Assembly (NCBI GenBank): GCA_945787285.1
Contig: CALZIC010000120.1
Span: 1 to 43,863 of the forward strand
Length of the DNA: 43,863 nt
Source: an uncultured Desulfuromonadales bacterium
Lineage (GTDB): Bacteria; Desulfobacterota; Desulfuromonadia; Desulfuromonadales; Trichloromonadaceae
Reading direction: 5' to 3'
Under the pieces are notes generated by a model that saw only the letters and a program-made list of their open reading frames with translations, did no database searches and was not told where the DNA came from. The position numbers and the translations under genes were made by a program. Every line of letters starts with the position of its first letter. Position 1 is the first letter of the stretch. This document shows positions 27,536-34,745 of the stretch, piece after piece.

Positions 27536-29146
27536 ATGAAAAAATCAGTCGCCATCGGCCTGCTCGGACCGGTTCTGGATAACGGCAAAGGCGCTAAGCG
27601 CTGGGAGCGCTGGCGCCCCTCGGTCGCACTCTGTCAACACGAGGAGCTGCTCGTTGACCGTTTCGTCCTGCTCTACCAGCGGCGCTACGCCAGCCTTCTG
27701 GAACGCATTGTCGAAGACATTCGCCAGGTCTCCCCGGAAACGGAAGTCGTCCCTCAGCTCATGGAGTTCGACGACCCGTGGGATTTCGAAAACGTCTTTG
27801 GAGCCCTGCACGACTTCGCCCGTGAATATCCGTTTGATCCCGACCAGGAGGACTACCTGGTACATATCACGACAGGCACCCATGTGGCCCAGATCTGCCT
27901 GTTTCTGCTGACCGAGGCGCATTATTTCCCGGCCCGCCTGATCCAGACCAGCCCCTCGCGCAAAGCGGACCAGCTTGCCTCGGGCACCTATTCCATCATC
28001 GACCTCGACCTTTCGCGCTACGACCGCATTGCCACCCGTTTCAGCCAGGAACAGCGGGATGATATCTCGTTTCTCAAATCAGGCATTGAAACCCGCAATG
28101 CCCGATTCAACCATTTGATCGCGCAGATCGAGCAGGTGGCGATCCGGTCGGTGGACCCGATTTTGATTACCGGCCCAACAGGTGCAGGCAAGTCAAAACT
28201 GGCCCGACGGATATTCGAACTGAAAAAGGCGCGGCGCCAAATCCCAGGGAACTTCGTCGAGGTCAATTGCGCCACCCTGCGTGGCGACGCCGCCATGTCC
28301 GCCCTCTTCGGCCATCGCCGCGGGGCGTTCACCGGCGCTTTGCAGGACCGTCAGGGGCTGCTGCGTGCTGCCGACGGCGGGATTCTCTTTCTCGATGAAG
28401 TGGGGGAGTTGGGACGGGATGAGCAGACCATGCTGCTGCGCGCCGTCGAGGAGAAGCGTTTTATGCCCCTGGGCTCGGATGCTGAAACAGAGAGCGATTT
28501 CCAACTTCTATGCGGTACCAATCGGGACCTTTACCAGGATGTGGACAAGGGGCGCTTCCGTGAAGACCTGCTGGCCCGGATAAACCTCTGGACCTTCGCT
28601 CTGCCGGGGCTGGCCGATCGCCCCGAGGATATCGAACCCAATCTCGATTACGAGCTCGACCGGTTCACGAGCCGCACCGGTGCCCGCATCACCATCAACA
28701 AAGAGGCGCGCCAGCATCTGCTCCGTTTCGCCACCTCCGCCGAGGCCACCTGGCCAGCCAATTTCCGCGATCTCAACGGCGCGGTCACGCGCATGGCCAC
28801 CCTCGCCCCGACCGGCCGCATCACCACCGAAACCGTAAAGGAAGAGGTTGCGCGTCTTCACCATGCCTGGCGGTCGCGAGGTGGAAATATAAAGGAGGAA
28901 ATTCTTCTGGAAGTACTCGGGCAGGGTGGGATTGAAAAACTCGACCTGTTCGACCGGGCCCAACTGGCCGAGGTGTTGCGCGTCTGCCGCGCCTCAAAAA
29001 ACCTTTCGGAGGCGGGCCGCACCCTGTTTGCCGTGTCGCGCCAGGAGAAAAAGCAGGCCAACGACGCCGACCGACTGCGCAAGTATCTCGCCCGGTTTGA
29101 CCTGAACTGGGAAAGCGTCCGAAGCACGGGGTCCACACCTCATTAA
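27536..29146 (+). CDS. rtcR: sigma54-dependent transcriptional regulator RtcR (N-terminal CARF domain, AAA+ sigma54-interaction domain)
   Basis: 536 aa; collinear with E. coli RtcR as recalled (MKKSVAIGLLGPVLDNGKGAKRWERWRPSVALCQHEEL..., DYLVHITTGTHVAQICLFLL, ARLIQTSPSRK, GPTGAGKS Walker A, GAFTGA, FREDLLARINLWTF). Confidence 0.9.
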   Translation: MKKSVAIGLLGPVLDNGKGAKRWERWRPSVALCQHEELLVDRFVLLYQRRYASLLERIVEDIRQVSPETEVVPQLMEFDDPWDFENVFGALHDFAREYPFDPDQEDYLVHITTGTHVAQICLFLLTEAHYFPARLIQTSPSRKADQLASGTYSIIDLDLSRYDRIATRFSQEQRDDISFLKSGIETRNARFNHLIAQIEQVAIRSVDPILITGPTGAGKSKLARRIFELKKARRQIPGNFVEVNCATLRGDAAMSALFGHRRGAFTGALQDRQGLLRAADGGILFLDEVGELGRDEQTMLLRAVEEKRFMPLGSDAETESDFQLLCGTNRDLYQDVDKGRFREDLLARINLWTFALPGLADRPEDIEPNLDYELDRFTSRTGARITINKEARQHLLRFATSAEATWPANFRDLNGAVTRMATLAPTGRITTETVKEEVARLHHAWRSRGGNIKEEILLEVLGQGGIEKLDLFDRAQLAEVLRVCRASKNLSEAGRTLFAVSRQEKKQANDADRLRKYLARFDLNWESVRSTGSTPH

Positions 29147-29206
29147 TCACTGGGGCGGAGAGGCACCTGCCATTTCACGTCCATGTGTTTTACCTGGTGA
29201 AATTTT

Positions 29207-29896
29207 ATGCTCAAAGTGATCTTCGCCATATTTATCCTGCTGACGAGCCCAGCCTCCCTCCTTTCTGCCGAGGAGGGAAGCATATGCTATGGGACGACCA
29301 GCAAAGGGCGACTGGAGGGAGGGGTTTCTTTTCCGACATCCGGCAACAACTATAAAAGCTACAGCACTCTGGGCAACCTGCTTGGCCGGACGTATGTTCA
29401 CAGCAGCGTTCAGAAAGTCGTTCTCAATGCTTTCACAACCCTTGAGAAAAGCTATCCCGATAGAGTCTTTATGTACGGTGAAACGGGCTGGAAAAGCGGC
29501 GGTCGATTCAAACCGCACAAAACACATCAGAACGGGCTTTCCGTTGACTTTATGGTTCCGGTATTGAACAGCGACAAACAGTCAGTTTATCTGCCGACCA
29601 GTCCGTTCAATAAATTCGGTTATGACATCGAATTCAATGATCGAGGACAATACGAAAATTACACCATCGATTTTGAGGCAATAGCCGCCCACCTCGTCGA
29701 ACTTCACAAAGAAGCAAGGAGCTCCAGTATTGATATCTGGCGGGTTATTTTTGCCCCCAAGCTACAGCCACAGCTGTTCAGCACCAAGCATGGTACCTAT
29801 CTGAAAAAGAATCTGGAATTTTCCAAACGGCCATCCTGGGTTCGCCACGATGACCATTACCATGTTGACTTCAAGCTCCCATGTGAAAAACTCTAG
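29207..29896 (+). CDS. mepA: penicillin-insensitive murein endopeptidase (peptidase M74, MepA-like) with signal peptide
   Basis: 229 aa; signal peptide; LAS-type zinc motifs HKTHQNGLSVDF and HDDHYHVDF matching MepA's HASHQNGLDVD and HRAHMHVRL. Confidence 0.7.
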   Translation: MLKVIFAIFILLTSPASLLSAEEGSICYGTTSKGRLEGGVSFPTSGNNYKSYSTLGNLLGRTYVHSSVQKVVLNAFTTLEKSYPDRVFMYGETGWKSGGRFKPHKTHQNGLSVDFMVPVLNSDKQSVYLPTSPFNKFGYDIEFNDRGQYENYTIDFEAIAAHLVELHKEARSSSIDIWRVIFAPKLQPQLFSTKHGTYLKKNLEFSKRPSWVRHDDHYHVDFKLPCEKL

Positions 29897-29986
29897 TGGC
29901 CTGTTTGGTTAATCGCGTCGATTAATTCTGAGGCATTTTTGACCCTGTCAAGGCGCACCGACGCAGCCCTAGCTGAGCTTAAGTCA
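29892..29986 (+). repeat. ~95-bp direct repeat R1 (about 85 percent identical to R2 at 31545-31640), immediately after the mepA stop
   Basis: ctagtggcctgtttggttaatcgcgtcgattaattctgaggcatttttgaccctgtcaaggcgcaccgacgcagccctagctgagcttaagtca aligned against R2. Confidence 0.8.
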
Positions 29987-30053
29987 TTTCCGGCTGAGGC
30001 TACCCCCCCCAAAAAAAAATTACAAATGGGTTTATAACCCTAAATAAGGTTCT

Positions 30054-30142
30054 TACCACAGAGGCACAGAGCCACAGAGCAAGGCAGAGATTTTGCCTTT
30101 ATTAATCGATTTTTCCTCTGTGACTCAGTGTCTCTGTGGTTG
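30054..30142. repeat. long imperfect inverted repeat built from tandem SCACAGAG octamers (arms ~26 bp, 3 mismatches, ~30-nt spacer)
   Basis: accacagaggcacagagccacagagc ... (rc) accacagagacactgagtcacagagg; preceded by a C8A9 homopolymer tract at 30003-30019. Confidence 0.7.
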
Positions 30143-30177
30143 CTTTGATATTTTCGGCCTCAACCTTCTTTTGGGTT

Positions 30178-30220
30178 ATAAAACCGAAAACAAAAGCCAC
30201 AGGAGTTATCTGTGGCTTTT
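30178..30220 (-). terminator. rho-independent terminator downstream of the 402-aa ORF
   Basis: AAAGCCACAGgagttatCTGTGGCTTT hairpin followed on the minus strand by ttgttttcggtttt. Confidence 0.6.
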
Positions 30221-30262
30221 GAAATGCTGATCAAAATAGGGTTTGGCTATAGTCGCATCAAA

Positions 30263-31471
30263 TTAAACCTTAACCGCACGCTCCCGAAGATACTCAACCT
30301 GTTCTGGTAAAAGCGGATCCATCACTTTGTACCTGGCAGGTATTTCATCCTCCACCGCTGAAATGTAGTCAGGACCCAGACAAGCGTTAAACACCGACCA
30401 GCCCACATTACCTAGAATTTCCTCATTTTCATGATCATAAAGAGAGACTTCGTCAGTCAACGGCAAATATGTAGGAATGTTCAAAGTGTAAACCGAAAAG
30501 GTCATGATTCCAGCCTCGCTATTAGTCGCCTGGAATTTCGAAACAAAAACCTCCTCTCCTACTTGCGCCTGCAGATGCTCTTTCTGCTCATCATATTGCG
30601 TAAAAGCTTCTTTCACACGTTGGAGGGACGCAGCTTGTCGACCAGGTTCACCCTCAAGCGGCAACCATTGCTTCCAAAGCCCATCGTTACTTTTTTGCCA
30701 GAAACTTTGGCTAAAGGGCCTGTGATTTTCAGAGAACTTTTCCCCAATCGCGATCATTCTCAATAAAGTTTCATCCGTCCCCTGGTCTGTGACCAAGCAA
30801 ATAGAATGGGACGGTGCAAAAAATATCGGATTCCCATCAAAAGGAATACGGACATTATCGTCAGCCGCAACGATCCGCGCAAAATCATAGTCATCTTGAT
30901 ATGTTGACATCCAAATGTGCGGCTCCACCTGTTCCCACTGATCTAACCCAGTGGCTCTTACCAAGGCAGCACCAGCTATCCGAAGGCCTTCTTCTTTTGT
31001 AATCCCAGCTTTTTCTATATCTTCATTTTTGACGGTGGATATGGATTCTTCGTTGTCGGAAATCAGCTCCAATAACGCCTCGCCAATTCTAAATAGTGAT
31101 AAATCTGTCTGCTCATACCCTTTTGAGGCCATCATTTTTTTTCTCAAAGAGATTTCAAAATCGGTGCGTACTCGTATTGCAAGTGAGTTCATGAAATCGT
31201 CTGGGTCAAACACACGGGGAGAGAGCAGTTCGTTAAGAAGCCGCTCAATAGATGGAGCTCTCTCTTTTCTTCCAAGCTCTTTCATTTTCATGAAAATGTT
31301 GCCCAGGAAAATGCTGGTGGGGGCCTTGTCCCGACCTCTCTCCTCGACCGACAGAGTCACTTCGCGGGCCTCAGGCTTATATTCAATCACCAATGAAGGA
31401 TCAATATACTTGGCAATACGACCAATATCTTTGGCTAGCTTCTTCTCGGTATATCGAAACATTTTAGTCAT
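30263..31471 (-). CDS. hypothetical protein, 402 aa, no recognised domain; low-GC gene flanked by direct repeats R1/R2
   Basis: long ORF with coherent codon usage, terminator downstream, AT-rich relative to flanks; no family recognised from sequence. Confidence 0.6.
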   Translation of the reverse strand: MTKMFRYTEKKLAKDIGRIAKYIDPSLVIEYKPEAREVTLSVEERGRDKAPTSIFLGNIFMKMKELGRKERAPSIERLLNELLSPRVFDPDDFMNSLAIRVRTDFEISLRKKMMASKGYEQTDLSLFRIGEALLELISDNEESISTVKNEDIEKAGITKEEGLRIAGAALVRATGLDQWEQVEPHIWMSTYQDDYDFARIVAADDNVRIPFDGNPIFFAPSHSICLVTDQGTDETLLRMIAIGEKFSENHRPFSQSFWQKSNDGLWKQWLPLEGEPGRQAASLQRVKEAFTQYDEQKEHLQAQVGEEVFVSKFQATNSEAGIMTFSVYTLNIPTYLPLTDEVSLYDHENEEILGNVGWSVFNACLGPDYISAVEDEIPARYKVMDPLLPEQVEYLRERAVKV

Positions 31472-31517
31472 TTCCTCACGTATTAAATCGCTATTCCATT
31501 GTTTATAACTAATCTAA

Positions 31518-31543
31518 AATCCGTGACCTATCACGGATTTGAA
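31518..31543. promoter_or_regulatory. perfect 10-bp inverted repeat AAATCCGTGA-cctat-TCACGGATTT just upstream of the 402-aa ORF start; candidate operator
   Basis: seen directly; 47 bp upstream of ATG 31471 on the minus strand. Confidence 0.4.
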
Positions 31544-31544
31544 A

Positions 31545-31640
31545 GCTAGTGGGCTGTTTGGTTATTCGTGTCAGTTAATTCTGAGTCATTTTGGTTGCTG
31601 TCAAGGCGCGCCGACGCAGGCCTAGCCTTGCGTTAAGTCA
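31545..31640 (+). repeat. ~95-bp direct repeat R2 (pair of R1)
   Basis: ctagtgggctgtttggttattcgtgtcagttaattctgagtcattttggttgctgtcaaggcgcgccgacgcaggcctagccttgcgttaagtca. Confidence 0.8.
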
Positions 31641-31847
31641 AGGAGGCGCAACGAAGACAGCGGCGGTACTCTCAACGTAATTGACCGCACGGTCCACATC
31701 CTCCTCGCTGAAGGTGATGTGCTTGTGGCAATTCGGACACTTGCAGGATTTTCCCGGAACGATGTCCTTCAACTGGTTTTTGACAACTCCTCTACAGTAG
31801 GGGCATTCAAGGCGAATCGAAAAATCCACTCCTTTTACTCCTCTCAT
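31638..31847 (-). CDS. small zinc-ribbon protein (two CxxC pairs), hypothetical
   Basis: MRGVKGVDFSIRLECPYCRGVVKNQLKDIVPGKSCKCPNCHKHITFSEEDV...; start chosen at internal Met; its stop lies inside R2. Confidence 0.45.
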   Translation of the reverse strand: MRGVKGVDFSIRLECPYCRGVVKNQLKDIVPGKSCKCPNCHKHITFSEEDVDRAVNYVESTAAVFVAPP

Positions 31848-31961
31848 CTCTAATTGGGCAAATTGATTTCTGCGCGCAATCTTCTGTGAGTCCAAAATAA
31901 AAAAGGCGAAACCACATGGTCCCGCCTTTTTTACAATGGGAGGGCACATCAGGGCCTACGG

Positions 31962-32321
31962 TTATTTCACTTCGGCCGCAGGTGTCATGATCGCGGCGTA
32001 CTCAGCGGCATCCAGGTTACCGTCCTGATTAGCGTCGGCTGATTCAAAACTCAGCTGCAGCGCATCACTGGCGCCAGCTTCTTCCTTGCTGATAGTGCTG
32101 TTCTGGTCAACATCCAGGGCTTCAAAGATCGCATTCCGCTCCTCAGCCACGCCCTGCTCCTCAGCCACGCCCTGCTCCTCAGCCACGTTCTGCTCCTCAG
32201 CCACGTTCTGCTCCTCAGCCACGTTCTGCTCCTTAGCCACACCCTGCTCTTGGGTTGGGGCACAAGCGGCACAAGTAAGCATCAGGGCAGCAAGAAGAGT
32301 CAAAATTACATTTTTGTTCAT
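31962..32321 (-). CDS. lipoprotein with seven 6-aa tandem repeats (VAEEQN) and two EF-hand-like Ca-binding loops
   Basis: Start at MNKNVILTLLAALMLTCAACA (lipobox LTC, aaggag RBS). Then 7 x VA(K/E)E(Q/R)(N/G) encoded by 18-bp tandem repeats at about 32115-32240. Then DVDQNSTISKEE and DANQDGNLDAAE EF-hand loops. ORF-track start 32546 is likely too far upstream. Confidence 0.65.
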   Translation of the reverse strand: MNKNVILTLLAALMLTCAACAPTQEQGVAKEQNVAEEQNVAEEQNVAEEQGVAEEQGVAEERNAIFEALDVDQNSTISKEEAGASDALQLSFESADANQDGNLDAAEYAAIMTPAAEVK

Positions 32322-32628
32322 TTTTTTAGCTCCTTCTAAAGGGTCTGTTGAAATGCCATATTGGCTGTCTATTCTACCCTTCAGCAACCGCTGTGCCATG
32401 ATAGTTTTATCTACAAAAAACGATGCCTTACATTGACCCGCCAGAATTTCTGCCTTGCTTGGGGAAAATTTCTGTTCGCCGGCTGCGACAGATAGAAGGG
32501 GTCGGCCATAAAAGGGGCGCAAAAACAACAAGTTCGTTTGTCTCAAAATAGCGACCGCTCATGGTAGTGCATGAATCTTCAAGGGGAATGTGATCCGGAT
32601 TACGATCCCTATAATTTTCACTTTTTCC

Positions 32629-33942
32629 CACTACTGTCCGGTTAAAAAAGTTTGTACGTCCGTAACCTCTTGATTCTTTTTGTTCTTTGACATAACTGTT
32701 CTTTTTTCGATTTGAATTTGAGTATGCTGGCACCTTCCCGCGACTTGAGGAGGGGACCAATGAATTCTGGCAAAACCGTTTTCAGGCAGCTACTCGAGAT
32801 TCTCCCACGACATGAATTCAACGTTTGCGTGCGTCGCTATCGCGGTGAGTATCGGGCCAAGACTTTTTCCACCTTCGATCAGTTCCTCTGTCTTGCCTAT
32901 GCACAACTGACCGGGCGTGAAAGTCTGCGTGACATTGAAACCTGCCTAAACTCCCAAAGGGAGAAGCTTTACCATGTTGGGTTTCGAGGTAGCGTGTCTC
33001 GGGCAACGCTTGCCGATGCCAATGAGCGAAGGGACTACCGCATTTTTCAGGATTTTGGACACGTCCTGATCGGCATTGCGCAACGTCTGTACCAAAACGA
33101 GCCCCTTGCTATCGAATTGAAGCAGCCCCTTTATGCCTTCGATTCCTCAACCATCGACCTTTGTCTTTCTCTGTTTCCATGGGCTGAATTCCGAAAGACG
33201 AAGGCGGCGGTTAAAATGCACACTCTGATTGACCTACGTGGCTCAATTCCGACGTTCGTGGCCATCACAACAGGCAAGGTTCATGATGTCAGAATGCTGG
33301 ACGAGGTTCCGATCCATGAGGATGCTGTTTATACAATGGATCGAGGGTACATCGATTATGCTCGGCTCTATGCAATTCATAAGCAGTCAGCATTCTTCGT
33401 GATACGGGCCAAGGCCAATCTGCGTTACCAGCGACTGTACTCGCAACCGAAGGACAAGGCCGCGGGGATCCGGGCTGATCAGGTCATAACCCTGGGGACG
33501 CAGAAATCGAAAGAAGGCTATCCCGAACGACTTCGACGGGTCAGTTATGTTGACAAAGAGCGGAACAAGCGGCTGGTTTTCCTCACCAACCACTTCGATA
33601 TTTCAGCACGCACAGTTGCCGATATCTATAAGCAGCGCTGGCAGGTGGAGCTCTTCTTCAAATGGATAAAACAGCATCTGCGGATCAAGTCGTTCTACGG
33701 TACGTCGATCAACGCCGTTAAGAGCCAGATCTGGGTTGCCCTGTGCATTTACCTGCTGGTGGCTATAACCAAGAAGACGCTTGGCATACCTTGCAAGCTC
33801 TACACTTTTCTACAGATTATTGAGGTCAATTTGTTTGAGAAAAAGCCCATTTCATCGCTGGTTGCAGAGGCACTTAAACAAACCACAGACAGCCTCGAAT
33901 GTAACCAGCCGAATTTATTCACAAGTTAACCGGACAGTAGTG
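32629..33942 (+). mobile_element. IS4-family insertion sequence (1314 bp) with perfect 17-bp terminal inverted repeats CACTACTGTCCGGTTAA
   Basis: IRL 32629-32645 and IRR 33926-33942 (reverse complement identical); single DDE transposase ORF inside; flanks share only a tttttc motif, no clean target-site duplication. Confidence 0.8.
32760..33929 (+). CDS. IS4-family DDE transposase
   Basis: YKQRWQVELFFKWIKQHLRIKSF motif typical of IS4/IS5-superfamily DDE_Tnp_1; start at MNSGKTVFRQLL with gaggagg RBS. Confidence 0.85.
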   Translation: MNSGKTVFRQLLEILPRHEFNVCVRRYRGEYRAKTFSTFDQFLCLAYAQLTGRESLRDIETCLNSQREKLYHVGFRGSVSRATLADANERRDYRIFQDFGHVLIGIAQRLYQNEPLAIELKQPLYAFDSSTIDLCLSLFPWAEFRKTKAAVKMHTLIDLRGSIPTFVAITTGKVHDVRMLDEVPIHEDAVYTMDRGYIDYARLYAIHKQSAFFVIRAKANLRYQRLYSQPKDKAAGIRADQVITLGTQKSKEGYPERLRRVSYVDKERNKRLVFLTNHFDISARTVADIYKQRWQVELFFKWIKQHLRIKSFYGTSINAVKSQIWVALCIYLLVAITKKTLGIPCKLYTFLQIIEVNLFEKKPISSLVAEALKQTTDSLECNQPNLFTS

Positions 33943-33947
33943 ATTTT

Positions 33948-34730
33948 TCAAACCTTTCCGACCGGTGCTAGATAGATGGTGAATTCGTTTTCACCGTCGA
34001 CGCCGAGGAGTTGGTCCATTTTGTCCTGGTGGAAGGCGGCGATGGCGCAGGCCCCGGCGGAAATAGCCTGGCAAGCCAGGTAGAGGTTCTGGCAGACGTG
34101 CCCGGCGTCGATGGCGATGACCCGGTGGGCCGCGGTGTGGTAGCGCCATTCCATACGGTAGGGGATGACCGCCCAAATGAAGGTGACCGGGGCGGTGGCG
34201 ATGAAGTCCTGGTTCAGGGTTGCCCGGGAGAGTTCTGGCTGAAGGTGCTCCCGTTCATGTTCGAAAACCAGGGCATGTTCCACGGCAAGGTAGCGGTAAA
34301 TGCCGGGCGGCAGTCCCTCGACGTTCGACACCGCCAAGTAGGTTTCAAAGGCGTGGCGGCATCCTGCCGAAGGAACCACCCGAAAGGCGCATCCGGGGTG
34401 TACTACTTCCCGGATGCCCTGGGTGGCCCACAGCAGAAAAGAGAGTTCGGGCAGGGTCAGGGGGGCGTCTGTGAACTTTCGGTGGCTGCTGCGGTTTCTG
34501 ATCGCGTCGACCAGGTCGGTTCCGGCAAAGGTGCTCCAGGAAGGGCGATCAAGGGTTGATTTTTCTTTGCCGGTTTTTGAATCGGGGGTGGGGGCACTCC
34601 CTTGTTCTGGTCGGTCTGACGGAAGTCGATTTCCAGGCGCAGGGAGTCTTTCAGAAAGTCCCTGCAGGTATGAATCGCGTTCTTTCCCATCGATATCTCC
34701 TTGTAGTGAAAAACAGTCCATCAACAGCAC
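33948..34730 (-). CDS. SagB-type dehydrogenase / nitroreductase-family protein
   Basis: RNRSSHRKFTDAPLTLPELSFLLWATQGI nitroreductase-like FMN-binding motif; 5' end uncertain. Confidence 0.65.
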   Translation of the reverse strand: MLLMDCFSLQGDIDGKERDSYLQGLSERLPAPGNRLPSDRPEQGSAPTPDSKTGKEKSTLDRPSWSTFAGTDLVDAIRNRSSHRKFTDAPLTLPELSFLLWATQGIREVVHPGCAFRVVPSAGCRHAFETYLAVSNVEGLPPGIYRYLAVEHALVFEHEREHLQPELSRATLNQDFIATAPVTFIWAVIPYRMEWRYHTAAHRVIAIDAGHVCQNLYLACQAISAGACAIAAFHQDKMDQLLGVDGENEFTIYLAPVGKV

Positions 34731-34745
34731 CTTGTGCTCCGCCGA

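Noticed and set aside
29892-31640. Integron attC (59-be) sites as the identity of R1/R2
   Set aside because: R2 ends in GTTAAGT (fits GTTRRRY) but R1 has CTTAAGT. No inverse core or extended internal hairpin was found in either repeat, and no intI nearby. Kept only as a remote possibility
32115-32240. Possible CRISPR or VNTR outside a gene
   Set aside because: The 18-bp repeats are in frame inside a lipoprotein CDS and encode VAEEQN units
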